Source of the DNA: Pseudomonas aeruginosa PAO1
GTDB lineage: Bacteria > Pseudomonadota > Gammaproteobacteria > Pseudomonadales > Pseudomonadaceae
Strand: one strand, 5' to 3'
Assembly: GCF_000006765.1 (NCBI RefSeq)
Contig: NC_002516.2
DNA: 64,000 nucleotides
Below the pieces are notes generated by a model, which did not search any database, was not told the origin of the DNA, and was given only the letters and a program-made list of their open reading frames with translations. A program made the translations under genes and the position numbers. Below, in pieces: positions 17,486 to 26,577 of this stretch. Position 1 is the first letter of the stretch; each line of letters opens with the position of its first letter.

Positions 17486-20400
17486 TCAGCGGCCGAAGCG
17501 CGTGCTGTAGGTCACCCCGAGCGTGCCGCCGGCATCGCCGCCACCGCCCTGGGGAGCCGACTGGTAGCCGAAGGTGAACGCCAGTTCGTCGTCGCCCAGC
17601 AGCTCCATGCCGATGCCGAGATCGATGCCGTAGTTGAACTCCTTCTCTGTCCACTGCCAGCCGGCCAGGGTGTCGACGATCCAGGTGTATTGCGGACGGC
17701 TGCGGTTCAGCGCGCCAGGGAAGCCACGGCGCCAGGTGCTGCCGAGGTAGACCTGGCCATAGCGGTCCTGCAGCAGGTCCTGGCTGCGCGCGCCATCGAG
17801 CGCCAGCGCACCGCCATGGGCCGCCAGCAGGTCGTCCGGCACGCGGTTCTCCAGGCGATTGCGCTGGTAGTCGATGCCGCCGCGCAGTTGCCAGGCCGGG
17901 CCGTCGAAGAACAGTGTGTGGGCCCATTCCAGGGACAGCGCCTCGCCGTTGCCGAGGTCGTCGCCCTGGCGGGTAGAGAAGCGGTTGTGCGCCAGCGACC
18001 AGCTCAACTGGTCGCGCCCGCTGAGGGTGTGGCGGCCGCCGAGCCGTAGGCTGTCGCGCATGCCGAGGGCTCGCATCAGGCCGGTCTCGTCGGTCTCGCG
18101 GTGCCAGTCGAGGCCCGCTTCCAGTTCGTCGCGCGAGCTCAGCCGCCAATTGCGCAGCACCCCCAGACCGTGGCGGTCCTCGTCGTCGCGCCAGCTGCCA
18201 TCGAGCGTCGCCGCGGCGAAGCCATCGGCCAGTTCGCGCCGCAACGTCAGCCTGGCGTTGCGTTCGCTACCGAGGAGCGAGCTATCCAGCGCATCGCCGT
18301 GATAGCGGCCACTGCCCAGTTCGAGATCGGCGTACCAGTCGTCGCCGAGGTGGCGCGCCGCGCGCAGCGTCGGCCCCTTGAAGTCGAGACCGCCGAAGTC
18401 GCGCTTGTTCCAACCCAGTTGCAGGCCCTGGGGAGTGCGTTCGAGGATTTCCGCCGCCTGCCGCCGCAGCTGCTCGCGGTTGTCGCGCGAGTGGCCGTCG
18501 CCCAGTGCGCCCAGGGCCTCGCCCAGCGCTTCGCCGCCATGGCCGAGACGCACCAGCGCCTCGACCCGCTGCGCCGGATCCAGCTCGCCGCGCTCCAGCA
18601 GGCGTTGCAGGGCGGCGCGATTCTGGCTGCGCAGGGCGGCCTGGATCTCTTCGTTGCGCCCGATCTTCAGGCCCCGGCCGCGCGCCCAGGCCAGCCAGTT
18701 ATCCTTCAGCGGCTCCTGGTTGGTGGCGGCGAGCTGGTCGAGGAACTGCTCGAACCACAGCTGCAGCATCGCCGGCTCGCCATTCCAGGCCCGCCGCGCC
18801 TCGCCCTGGGCGAGCAGCGGCCCCTGGGCCACGGCGAGCAGGCGCAGGTAGGTGGCGAAGCTGTCCGGGGTGGCCCTGACCGCCTCGCGGTCGAGCCGCC
18901 GGAGCAGTAGTCGGCGCAGGCGCAGGGCCTTGTCCTGGTAGCCGCTGGCATCCAGTGCGTCGGCGTAGGCGGCCTGCACCAGCCAGTCGTTGGGATTGGA
19001 CTTGAGGTACAGGCGGAACCAGGCCAGCGCCTGGTCGTTACGCTCGAGCAGCAGGCTGGCGCTGGCGAACGGCAGCCACAGCGTGCTGTCCCGCAGCGCC
19101 AGGCCATGCCACTGCGCCAACAGGGGCGCCAGGCTGTCGCGACGGCCACGGTCGATGTAGAACCAGAGCAGGCGTTCGCGCACCAGGTTCTCGCCGGGGA
19201 AACGCACCAGGGCTTCCCGGTACAGACGCTCGGCGACGTCGCCATGGCCTTCCTGTTCCGCCAGCCGCGCCCTGGCCACCCAGTAATAGGGGCTGCCCTG
19301 CGCTTCCGGCAGGCCTTCGGCCTCGGCCAGCAGGCTCTTCAGGGCCGGCCAGTCGTGGAGGTTCTCCGCCAGTTGCAGGGCGCTGGCCAGGCGCCGCGGA
19401 TCGCGGCTGCGCTGCCAACTGCCGATAAGCACCTGCAAGGCCTGCTTCGGATTGCTGTCCCGGTACAGGGCGATCAACTGGTCCTCGTCGCGGCTGTTCA
19501 GGCGGATGTCCAGGGCCAGCATGCGCTCGTAGGCGGCGCGGGCATCGTCGTCCTGCTCCAGGGCCCAGGCCAGCGCCGCGCGCAGGCGCCAGAACTCCGG
19601 CTCGCGGATCGCGCGGGTATCCACGCCGGCGAGGACCTTCCAGGCCTGGCGCGGATCGAACAGGTTCCAGTGGGTTTCCGCCCACTGCATGCGTTCCTTG
19701 ACACTCAGCGGGAAATGCCGGGCCATCCGCGCCCAGACCCCGGTCTCTTCCTGCAACTGCTGGGTGTGTTCGAGAATCTGTTGCAAGCGCTGCCAGGCCA
19801 GGCGCTGTTTCGGATAACGCTGCACGTAGCCGCGCAGCCATGCCTCGCCCTCTTCCGGCGTGCCGCGGGTTTCATGGCTGTAGACCAGCGCATCGAGTTC
19901 CTCGTCGGTCATCTGTCGCTGCGCACCGATGGGCGCCAGCAGCTCGATGGCGCTGTCGAAATCGAACATCTGCAGCGACAGGCGCCAGGCATGCTCGCGC
20001 AGGGCCGGGTCATCGGCGCCGGCCAGCAGTTGCTTCCAAAAGCCCAGCGCCCGCGGGCCGTTGCCGGTCCATTCGCCAAGGCGCGCGAGATCGGCCAGCA
20101 GCGTCCTGTCCTCCGGGCGCAGGGCCAGCAGCTCCTGGCCGACCTCCCAGGCCCGCTCGACCCGCCCGGCGGCCATGTTCAGACGCAGGTCGGCGGCCAG
20201 CGCCTCATGGTCCTCGGGGCGCAATTCGCGCCAGCGCCGGATGAAGCGTTCGGCCAGGTCGTAGCGCTGGCTGCCTTCGGCGGCGCGTACGCCCTGGGCG
20301 AGCCAGGCCAGGGTCGATTCATCCTCCGGCAAGGCGTCCAGCCGCTCGTCCAGCAACAACGCCGCCTGTTCGCCGCGCTCGCCAGCGAGCAGGCTGGCGA

Positions 20401-21067
20401 AGGCCTGGCGCAGATAGGCCAGGCGCTTCGCCGGCTCGGTTTGCGCTTCGGCCAGTTGCCGCTGGATGTCCGCCGCCGGCAGCGGCTCGCCGGAAGCCAG
20501 GTACCAGCGCGCCGCCTCGTCCAGCCAGCGCTGCCGGCCCTGCGGGTCGCGGCCGGCCAGTTCGGCAAAGGTCCGCGCCGCCAGGTCCGGCGCGTCCAGG
20601 GCCAGGGCATGACGGGCAAGTCGTTCGAGCATGGCGTCGTTCAACGAAACGTGCTCGATCTTGCGCAGGCGCTCCAGCAATCGGCGCGTCTGCTCCTCAT
20701 CCATGCCCTCGGGCCTGGCCAGGGCGCCAAGGATGTCCAGTTCCACCTCGTAGAACGGCGTTGCCAGGCGGTCCTTGCCGCGCAGACGGGCGAGGTGATG
20801 ACGCGCCTGCTCGAAGTCACCGAGCTTGACCAGCAGATCGATCAGGGTCAGGCGCAGCGCGTCGTTCTCCGGGTGCGCCTGCAACAGCAGTTCGGCGTAG
20901 TTCACCGAGACCGCGTCGGGCTCGCCATCGCCGCTGGGCATGAATACTTCTTCGCTGTTGAAGGTCAGCCACAGCACCAGCGCCACCCCGAGAGCGACCG
21001 GCAGCAGGGCCCAGGGATTCAGCAGGCGCGCCTGGGGATGCTTGTCAGCGGCAGACGAGTTGGCCAT
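17486..21067 (-). CDS. pelB: TPR plus beta-barrel export protein PelB
   Basis: Start MANSSAAD (1193 aa). Helical repeats followed by a C-terminal beta-strand barrel. Confidence 0.93.
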   Translation of the reverse strand: MANSSAADKHPQARLLNPWALLPVALGVALVLWLTFNSEEVFMPSGDGEPDAVSVNYAELLLQAHPENDALRLTLIDLLVKLGDFEQARHHLARLRGKDRLATPFYEVELDILGALARPEGMDEEQTRRLLERLRKIEHVSLNDAMLERLARHALALDAPDLAARTFAELAGRDPQGRQRWLDEAARWYLASGEPLPAADIQRQLAEAQTEPAKRLAYLRQAFASLLAGERGEQAALLLDERLDALPEDESTLAWLAQGVRAAEGSQRYDLAERFIRRWRELRPEDHEALAADLRLNMAAGRVERAWEVGQELLALRPEDRTLLADLARLGEWTGNGPRALGFWKQLLAGADDPALREHAWRLSLQMFDFDSAIELLAPIGAQRQMTDEELDALVYSHETRGTPEEGEAWLRGYVQRYPKQRLAWQRLQQILEHTQQLQEETGVWARMARHFPLSVKERMQWAETHWNLFDPRQAWKVLAGVDTRAIREPEFWRLRAALAWALEQDDDARAAYERMLALDIRLNSRDEDQLIALYRDSNPKQALQVLIGSWQRSRDPRRLASALQLAENLHDWPALKSLLAEAEGLPEAQGSPYYWVARARLAEQEGHGDVAERLYREALVRFPGENLVRERLLWFYIDRGRRDSLAPLLAQWHGLALRDSTLWLPFASASLLLERNDQALAWFRLYLKSNPNDWLVQAAYADALDASGYQDKALRLRRLLLRRLDREAVRATPDSFATYLRLLAVAQGPLLAQGEARRAWNGEPAMLQLWFEQFLDQLAATNQEPLKDNWLAWARGRGLKIGRNEEIQAALRSQNRAALQRLLERGELDPAQRVEALVRLGHGGEALGEALGALGDGHSRDNREQLRRQAAEILERTPQGLQLGWNKRDFGGLDFKGPTLRAARHLGDDWYADLELGSGRYHGDALDSSLLGSERNARLTLRRELADGFAAATLDGSWRDDEDRHGLGVLRNWRLSSRDELEAGLDWHRETDETGLMRALGMRDSLRLGGRHTLSGRDQLSWSLAHNRFSTRQGDDLGNGEALSLEWAHTLFFDGPAWQLRGGIDYQRNRLENRVPDDLLAAHGGALALDGARSQDLLQDRYGQVYLGSTWRRGFPGALNRSRPQYTWIVDTLAGWQWTEKEFNYGIDLGIGMELLGDDELAFTFGYQSAPQGGGGDAGGTLGVTYSTRFGR

Positions 21068-23891
21068 CGCGCACCTGCTCCATCGGCAACTCGAACGTCC
21101 ACAGGCCGTTGCCGGCCTTTCCCGGGAAGGCCTTGCCGGCCGCACTCAGCCGGCAATCGCCCGCCGCGCGCACCACCAGGCGTAATGGCAGGTGCCCGGC
21201 GAAGGCGAACTCGACGCGGCCATCGTCGCGGTAGCGCCAGTGCTTCAGCGGCAGGTTGGCCTCCTCCAGCGCCGGCCGCGGATCGCGGCTGTCGCGCAGG
21301 ACCAGGCGCGCATTCGCCGCACTCAGGTGCACATAGCGCCCCTGGGGCAGGTCGCGCACGCCCGCGACTCCCGTGGAGCGGCCGAGGTCCGGCCAACCCA
21401 GCGCCGGGTCCAGGCGCACCGTGCGCAAGGCGGCGAAGCCACGCAGTTGCCAACTGCCATCGGCACGCTTGGCCAGGCTGGCGCGATGCAGGCCTTCCAG
21501 GCGCGGGATGTAATCGCTCATCCACAGCGACAACGGATGCTCCGCCTGCATCGCCGCGTAGATCTGGTGCATGGTGCGGATCGAGGCCTGCTTGGTCCCC
21601 GAATAGAAGTGGTAGTACAGGTGCAGGCCGCGCAGGCGGCGCGGGCTGTCGGTCAGGGCGAAGGTATCGATGACGCCGCGGAAGCCGTAGTACGGCCCCT
21701 GCCAGAGATTGGTGTAGACGTTCTCGTTGATGATCGGCGCGTAGTACTGCACGCCGCCGCGGGTGGGCCGGATCAGCGGGTAGAGTCCGGTCAGCGAGGG
21801 AAAGGCCCGGGTCAGCGCGGTATTGCCGCCGTTGACGTTCATCAGCCCGGCGTCGTAGGCGAGCTTGATGGTGGCGGCGTCGGGCAGCGCGTCGCCGGAC
21901 CAGAAGATCATCTTGACCGGCTTCCGCGGGGTGGTCAGGCGCTGCTCGATGTAGTCGCGGGCGCCGATCACCTCGCGTACGAAGTCGACCTTGTCGTAGC
22001 CCGGGATGGCCATCTTGTAGCCATACTGGGCCTCGAAGTTCTCGCCCTGCTCGGCCAGTTGCGGCTGCCAGAAGAACGGATGGCTGAAGGTATGGCTGGC
22101 GACCTCGACCTTGTCGTCGGCGAAGATGCGCCGGGCGATCGGCTCCAGTTCCCTGGCCAGGTGCGGGTACATGCCCTTCGGCCCGACCTCGCCTTCGATC
22201 ACCGAGACCGAGGTGAGGAACGGATAGGGCTTGATGAAGTCCTCCAGCACCTGCTGGCCGGCATAGGGACTGCCGGGCACCTCGGCACGGGAGACGAAGC
22301 CGTCGCCATCGATGTGCACGGTGGCGATGCGCCGGCCATTCTCGGTGGTCGCGTCGGGACTCGGCAGCGGCACAAGACGCAAGGCCTTGCGCAGGAAGGC
22401 GAACGGATCGAGGATCCAGCGCCGGTGCTCGCTACCCTCCTCCAGCACATAGGGCGCCAGGGCGAAGCCCCCCCAGTCGGCGGTCGCCACCGGCACGTAC
22501 TCCTTGCCGTCGCCCTTGAGCTTGAGCGCCGGGGTCACCCGCGCCGGATCGAGTACGGTGAGCGCCGGCAGGTCGCGGATCCGGATCACCAGCGGCGCTT
22601 CGAAGGAACCAAGCAGCGCCTGGTCGTGGGTCTCGGTGCTCGGCTTGACCTTGAGTTTCTGCGACAGCCGGCGAATACCCAGGCGCTGCAACAGGCCGTC
22701 GTTCTCTGTGGGCAGGCCGGCGAGGAACGCCACCGGCACCTTTTCGTCGAGACGTGCAGCGATCCAGTTGTCGAAGGCGTCGCTGGCCAGCGGCGGTCCA
22801 CTGGTCATCCAGGTCACCACCCCGGCGTAGAGACCGCTCAGCGGACGTTCGGGCAGCGGCTGGTCGGTGGGCAAGTAGTCGACCCGATAACCGAGGTATT
22901 CGAGCAGGCCGCCGAGGTAGACGTGGCCGGGGCTCAGAGTCAGGTCGCCCTCGCGCGGATCGTAGAGCAGCGCGATGCGCCGCGGTTGCACCTCGACGTC
23001 GCTCACCCCCAGGTAGTCCAGCGCCGGGGTGCTGACGAACGGCACGTAGCCTTCGCTACGCAGGCGCGCAGCGAGCGCGCGCGCCTCGTCGCGCCGCTCC
23101 GGCGGCAGGTAGTCGATGGCGACGATGGGCATGCCCTGGGCGCGCAGGGCATCCAGGTGACCCTTCAGCCAATCGCGATCGTCCTGGGGCACCTCGCGGT
23201 ATTGCCCGGCAGCGGCGTCCCAACCGGCATGGATCGACTCCACGGCCACCGCCGACGCGACGCCGGGCAACTCCGGCAGCACTTCGAAACCGCGATTGAA
23301 AAACAGCTTGAGGCCCGGCTCCTGGCGATGCAGCTGGGCGAGGAAACTGGCCAGCGCCCGGCGCTGGCCCTCGCGGCGCTCCTCGGCCTGTAGCTGGAAG
23401 CTGTCCAGGGTATCGAGGAACAGGCCGGCGTAGCCCTGTTTGCGCAGCTCCGCGGCGCGCTTGAGCAGGTGCGCCCGCCAGCTCGGCGCGGCGAGGTCCA
23501 TTACCTGGCTGTTCCAGGCTTGGTTGCGGACCGCGCTCTTGCCCCGGGCCAGGCCGCTGTCGGCGATGGCGGCGGCGTCGCCGTCGAACTCGCCGACCGA
23601 CAGATAGGCGAAGGGCGTGCTGCCCTGCTCTTTCAGATACCCGACATCGGCCGGCTTGAGGTGCGCCGCTTCGAGCACCACCCAGTCGAACTGGGAAAGC
23701 TCGGCCAGCGGCGGCCGCTCGGCGTACCAGAACGCCACGCTGGACGGCCCGCCGGCAGCCCCTGCGGCAGTGCCGGCACAAAGCGCCAGCGCCAGGCCGG
23801 CAAGCCAGGCGAGCGGGCACTCGATGGGTCGAAGGATGTTACGGCGGGACGGCAGACGCAGCACGGCGATTCCTTTCTTGCTGAACCGCAT
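21045..23891 (-). CDS. pelA: Bifunctional glycoside hydrolase/deacetylase PelA
   Basis: 948 aa. AYLSVGE and GLFLDTLD in the hydrolase domain; HIDGD and HTFSH in the deacetylase domain. Confidence 0.95.
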   Translation of the reverse strand: MRFSKKGIAVLRLPSRRNILRPIECPLAWLAGLALALCAGTAAGAAGGPSSVAFWYAERPPLAELSQFDWVVLEAAHLKPADVGYLKEQGSTPFAYLSVGEFDGDAAAIADSGLARGKSAVRNQAWNSQVMDLAAPSWRAHLLKRAAELRKQGYAGLFLDTLDSFQLQAEERREGQRRALASFLAQLHRQEPGLKLFFNRGFEVLPELPGVASAVAVESIHAGWDAAAGQYREVPQDDRDWLKGHLDALRAQGMPIVAIDYLPPERRDEARALAARLRSEGYVPFVSTPALDYLGVSDVEVQPRRIALLYDPREGDLTLSPGHVYLGGLLEYLGYRVDYLPTDQPLPERPLSGLYAGVVTWMTSGPPLASDAFDNWIAARLDEKVPVAFLAGLPTENDGLLQRLGIRRLSQKLKVKPSTETHDQALLGSFEAPLVIRIRDLPALTVLDPARVTPALKLKGDGKEYVPVATADWGGFALAPYVLEEGSEHRRWILDPFAFLRKALRLVPLPSPDATTENGRRIATVHIDGDGFVSRAEVPGSPYAGQQVLEDFIKPYPFLTSVSVIEGEVGPKGMYPHLARELEPIARRIFADDKVEVASHTFSHPFFWQPQLAEQGENFEAQYGYKMAIPGYDKVDFVREVIGARDYIEQRLTTPRKPVKMIFWSGDALPDAATIKLAYDAGLMNVNGGNTALTRAFPSLTGLYPLIRPTRGGVQYYAPIINENVYTNLWQGPYYGFRGVIDTFALTDSPRRLRGLHLYYHFYSGTKQASIRTMHQIYAAMQAEHPLSLWMSDYIPRLEGLHRASLAKRADGSWQLRGFAALRTVRLDPALGWPDLGRSTGVAGVRDLPQGRYVHLSAANARLVLRDSRDPRPALEEANLPLKHWRYRDDGRVEFAFAGHLPLRLVVRAAGDCRLSAAGKAFPGKAGNGLWTFELPMEQVRDGQLVCR

Positions 23892-24017
23892 GCCCAGCCT
23901 ACGCGGCAGGGTCGATACCGACCGAAGCGGCAGGTCGGAAGCATGGATGCGGTTTCCGGTGGCAACGTCGAATCCCTGGCAGTGCGGGCACGGGCAAAGC
24001 AGCCGCAGGCGATTAAC

Positions 24018-24031
24018 GTCAATCTAATGAC
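24018..24031. promoter_or_regulatory. FleQ box (proximal) of the pelA promoter
   Basis: GTCAATCTAATGAC matches the GTC-N8-GAC FleQ consensus. FleQ control of pel through two boxes is established. Confidence 0.8.
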
Positions 24032-24067
24032 TAAATATGCTAATTGCTAAATTTTTAAGCGGAAACT

Positions 24068-24081
24068 GTCAATTTTTAGGC
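24068..24081. promoter_or_regulatory. FleQ box (distal) of the pelA promoter
   Basis: GTCAATTTTTAGGC, 50 bp from the first box and flanking an AT-rich promoter core. Confidence 0.7.
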
Positions 24082-24372
24082 GCACACATGACGCCATGGT
24101 GTCCTTTTGCCTGCCCGTGACGCTTTGCAGGTCAACTCCGCGCTTCCCGAGACACCGCTGTGGCAAAGTGGAAAGCCCAGGTTTCACGCACTTCATCAGG
24201 AAAGTCGACGGCCCTCCGGAAGCCCCCGGAAGTCACTTCGTCTAGACCCATCGGTTCGGTAGACGCCGTTCGCTAATAACTAAATATTTATTAAATCCGT
24301 GAAACAGGTTGTCTTTTCCGGCCAACGAAAGGCGCCGGGCATTTGGCGCACGCGCGTGCGGTCGCACCGCCT

Positions 24373-25359
24373 TCAGTTGCGTGCGAGGAACCGCACCAGC
24401 CACACCGAGGCGACGCCTATCGCCCCACCCGCCAGTACTTCGGCGACCCGCAGCGAGGCGACCAGGGGCGACTGCTGAATCGCCCAGGAGGCGCAGGCGA
24501 TGCACGCGCAACGCGCGGCAAAACCTGTCGCGTAGTGACGGAATCCGACGAGGGTGAGGACCGAGGCAAGAGTCGCCAAGGTGTGGACCAATAGAACATG
24601 CGGTAGAGCGGCCCCTACCGCGAGGCCGAGCGGTACGCCGAGCAGCGCGCCAAGCCCGCGATCGCGCAGCTTCAGGTGCGCGCTGGCGGCATTGCCGGTA
24701 ACCACGCTGGCGGACGACCAGATCGCCCACTGGCCGTATTCGATGTGCCGCCACGCCACCAAGGTCGCGCTGGAGGCTACGGCGAGTGTGACCGCCAACA
24801 CAGCCTGGAGCAGCTCGTCATGCGCGGCCGCGTGGCCCGTCAAGTGCGCCCCACGCCAGCGCAGCAGGGTGCCGTAACGGCGTGCGAGCGCTGCGTGGCG
24901 CAAGGTATCGACACCGGCGAGCGCCACCGATGGTAGCGTCGCGACGACGAGATACGGCACCAGGGACAGCGCAGCGCGGTGCGTCGCGGCAACCTCGCAG
25001 GCCAGATAGAGCACAGGAATAAAGACGAAATTGCCCAGCGTGCGCAAGCGCGTATCCAGGCCGGATAGCGCGACAGCAGCAGCGGCGAGCGCTGCGCAAG
25101 CGATGGCAAACGCCGCTCCCCAGGCGAGCGCGAACGACAGGCCGAGAAAGCCGAGGATGATCGCCACCCCCTGGCCGAGCGCCGCGAGCGGTGCGCTACC
25201 GACCCGCTCGACGACGACCGCCACGGAGATCGTCGCGATATTCGCCAGCAGCCAGTTGGCATCGCCGCTGGCGCTGTAGAGCACGAACAGCGGCAGCGAC
25301 ACGGCGAGCGCGCGCCCCATGGCGCGGCCGTCGAACAGGCGTGTCAGCGAGGCGCACAC
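24373..25359 (-). CDS. FUSC-family (aromatic acid exporter-like) membrane protein
   Basis: Multi-TM protein with a C-terminal WAIWSSASVV...RDRGLGALLG pattern. Start is GTG 25359 or ATG 25320. Confidence 0.7.
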   Translation of the reverse strand: MCASLTRLFDGRAMGRALAVSLPLFVLYSASGDANWLLANIATISVAVVVERVGSAPLAALGQGVAIILGFLGLSFALAWGAAFAIACAALAAAAVALSGLDTRLRTLGNFVFIPVLYLACEVAATHRAALSLVPYLVVATLPSVALAGVDTLRHAALARRYGTLLRWRGAHLTGHAAAHDELLQAVLAVTLAVASSATLVAWRHIEYGQWAIWSSASVVTGNAASAHLKLRDRGLGALLGVPLGLAVGAALPHVLLVHTLATLASVLTLVGFRHYATGFAARCACIACASWAIQQSPLVASLRVAEVLAGGAIGVASVWLVRFLARN

Positions 25360-25371
25360 ACGACGCGCCGC

Positions 25372-25944
25372 CTAGAGCGCTGCCAACTGGTCGAGCGTGA
25401 CGATCCGCGCGATGCCGCCCAGGACCTCGATGGAGCGCCGGTGCTCCTCGTCGCTGGCCGCCGCGCAGGCCTCCTCCAACACCAGCACTTGGTAGTCGCG
25501 ATCGTGCGCATCGCGCGCGGCGGCCTGCACAGCCCAGGTCGTACTGACACCGGCGAGCACCAGGCGCTCGATCCGCCTCGCCCGCAACACGGCCTCCAGG
25601 CGCGTGGCATAGAAGGCGCTGATGCGCGGCTTGAGCACTTCCATCTGCACGGCATCCCGCTTCAGGTCAGGATGAAATGCGCAACCGCGCCCGCAGAGGT
25701 CGAGAGCGCCGAGTGCCTGCGCGGCAGCGAAGATCGGCGAATGTTCCGGCAGGTCCGGATAGCCGGGCTCGAAGCCCACCCTCACCGCGATCCGCAGCCA
25801 GCCACGCTGCTCGGCGACGGCGAGCGCGCGGTTGAAACGCGCGACCACGCCACGCAAGGCGGCCTGTTCTGCACAGCGGGCAATCCTACCGTCGGGATGC
25901 ATGATATCGACGATGTAGTCGAGACCGATCAGTGCTGTGTTCAT
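25372..25944 (-). CDS. Isochorismatase/cysteine-hydrolase-fold protein
   Basis: Start MNTALIGLD after GAGGAG (190 aa). KPRISAF and ARDAHDRDY motifs. Confidence 0.88.
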   Translation of the reverse strand: MNTALIGLDYIVDIMHPDGRIARCAEQAALRGVVARFNRALAVAEQRGWLRIAVRVGFEPGYPDLPEHSPIFAAAQALGALDLCGRGCAFHPDLKRDAVQMEVLKPRISAFYATRLEAVLRARRIERLVLAGVSTTWAVQAAARDAHDRDYQVLVLEEACAAASDEEHRRSIEVLGGIARIVTLDQLAAL

Positions 25945-25986
25945 CGGGAACTCCTCTTCCATCTGCCGGAACCCAAAGCCCTGGAT

Positions 25987-26430
25987 TCAGGGCTCCTCGA
26001 ATTGCGCCAGGCGTGTCAGCAACGGACCGGCCGCCGCCAGCAGGGCGCGCTCGCTCTCGTCGAGACAGGCGTGCATGGCACGCACCAGCCATTCTTCGCG
26101 CTTGGCGCGGTTGCCGTAGAGATTTCGCCGGCCCTCCGAGCTCAGCGACACGCGGGTTCTGCGCCCATCTTGCGGATCGGCGTGACGGACGATCAGCCCT
26201 CCGCGTTCCAGTTCGCGCAGCAGCGCGGCCAGATTCGACGAGCGCATCCGCTCGGCGGCGGCCAGCTCGGAAGGTGTGACGTCGCCGCCAAGGCGGTCGA
26301 TCGCGCCAAGCACGACCAGTTGCGAGAATTGCACCGGATCGGCCTGCGCCTCGCGACGCAGGCGGCGGGTCAGGGTGGTGACCTGGCTGCGCAGATGCGC
26401 TGCCAGTTGGAGATCCTGGTTGGTGGGCAT
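25987..26430 (-). CDS. MarR-family transcriptional regulator
   Basis: 147 aa with winged-helix pattern TPSELAAAE...LERGGLIVR..DPQDGR. Confidence 0.92.
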   Translation of the reverse strand: MPTNQDLQLAAHLRSQVTTLTRRLRREAQADPVQFSQLVVLGAIDRLGGDVTPSELAAAERMRSSNLAALLRELERGGLIVRHADPQDGRRTRVSLSSEGRRNLYGNRAKREEWLVRAMHACLDESERALLAAAGPLLTRLAQFEEP

Positions 26431-26525
26431 ATTTATCTACATAATCATAGCTATATTTTCATAGCAAAATAACACATCCAACGCCGCCCGCCATGGGACC
26501 CGACCGACGGCACGACAGCTGAAAT

Positions 26526-26555
26526 GAAAGAGCCCCGCACTAGGGCGGGGCTCTT
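26526..26555 (-). terminator. Intrinsic terminator of gdhB
   Basis: 11-bp stem aagagccccgc/gcggggctctt with a U-rich tail on the minus strand. Confidence 0.8.
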
Positions 26556-26577
26556 GCTTGCCGTCAGTCCGCTCGCA

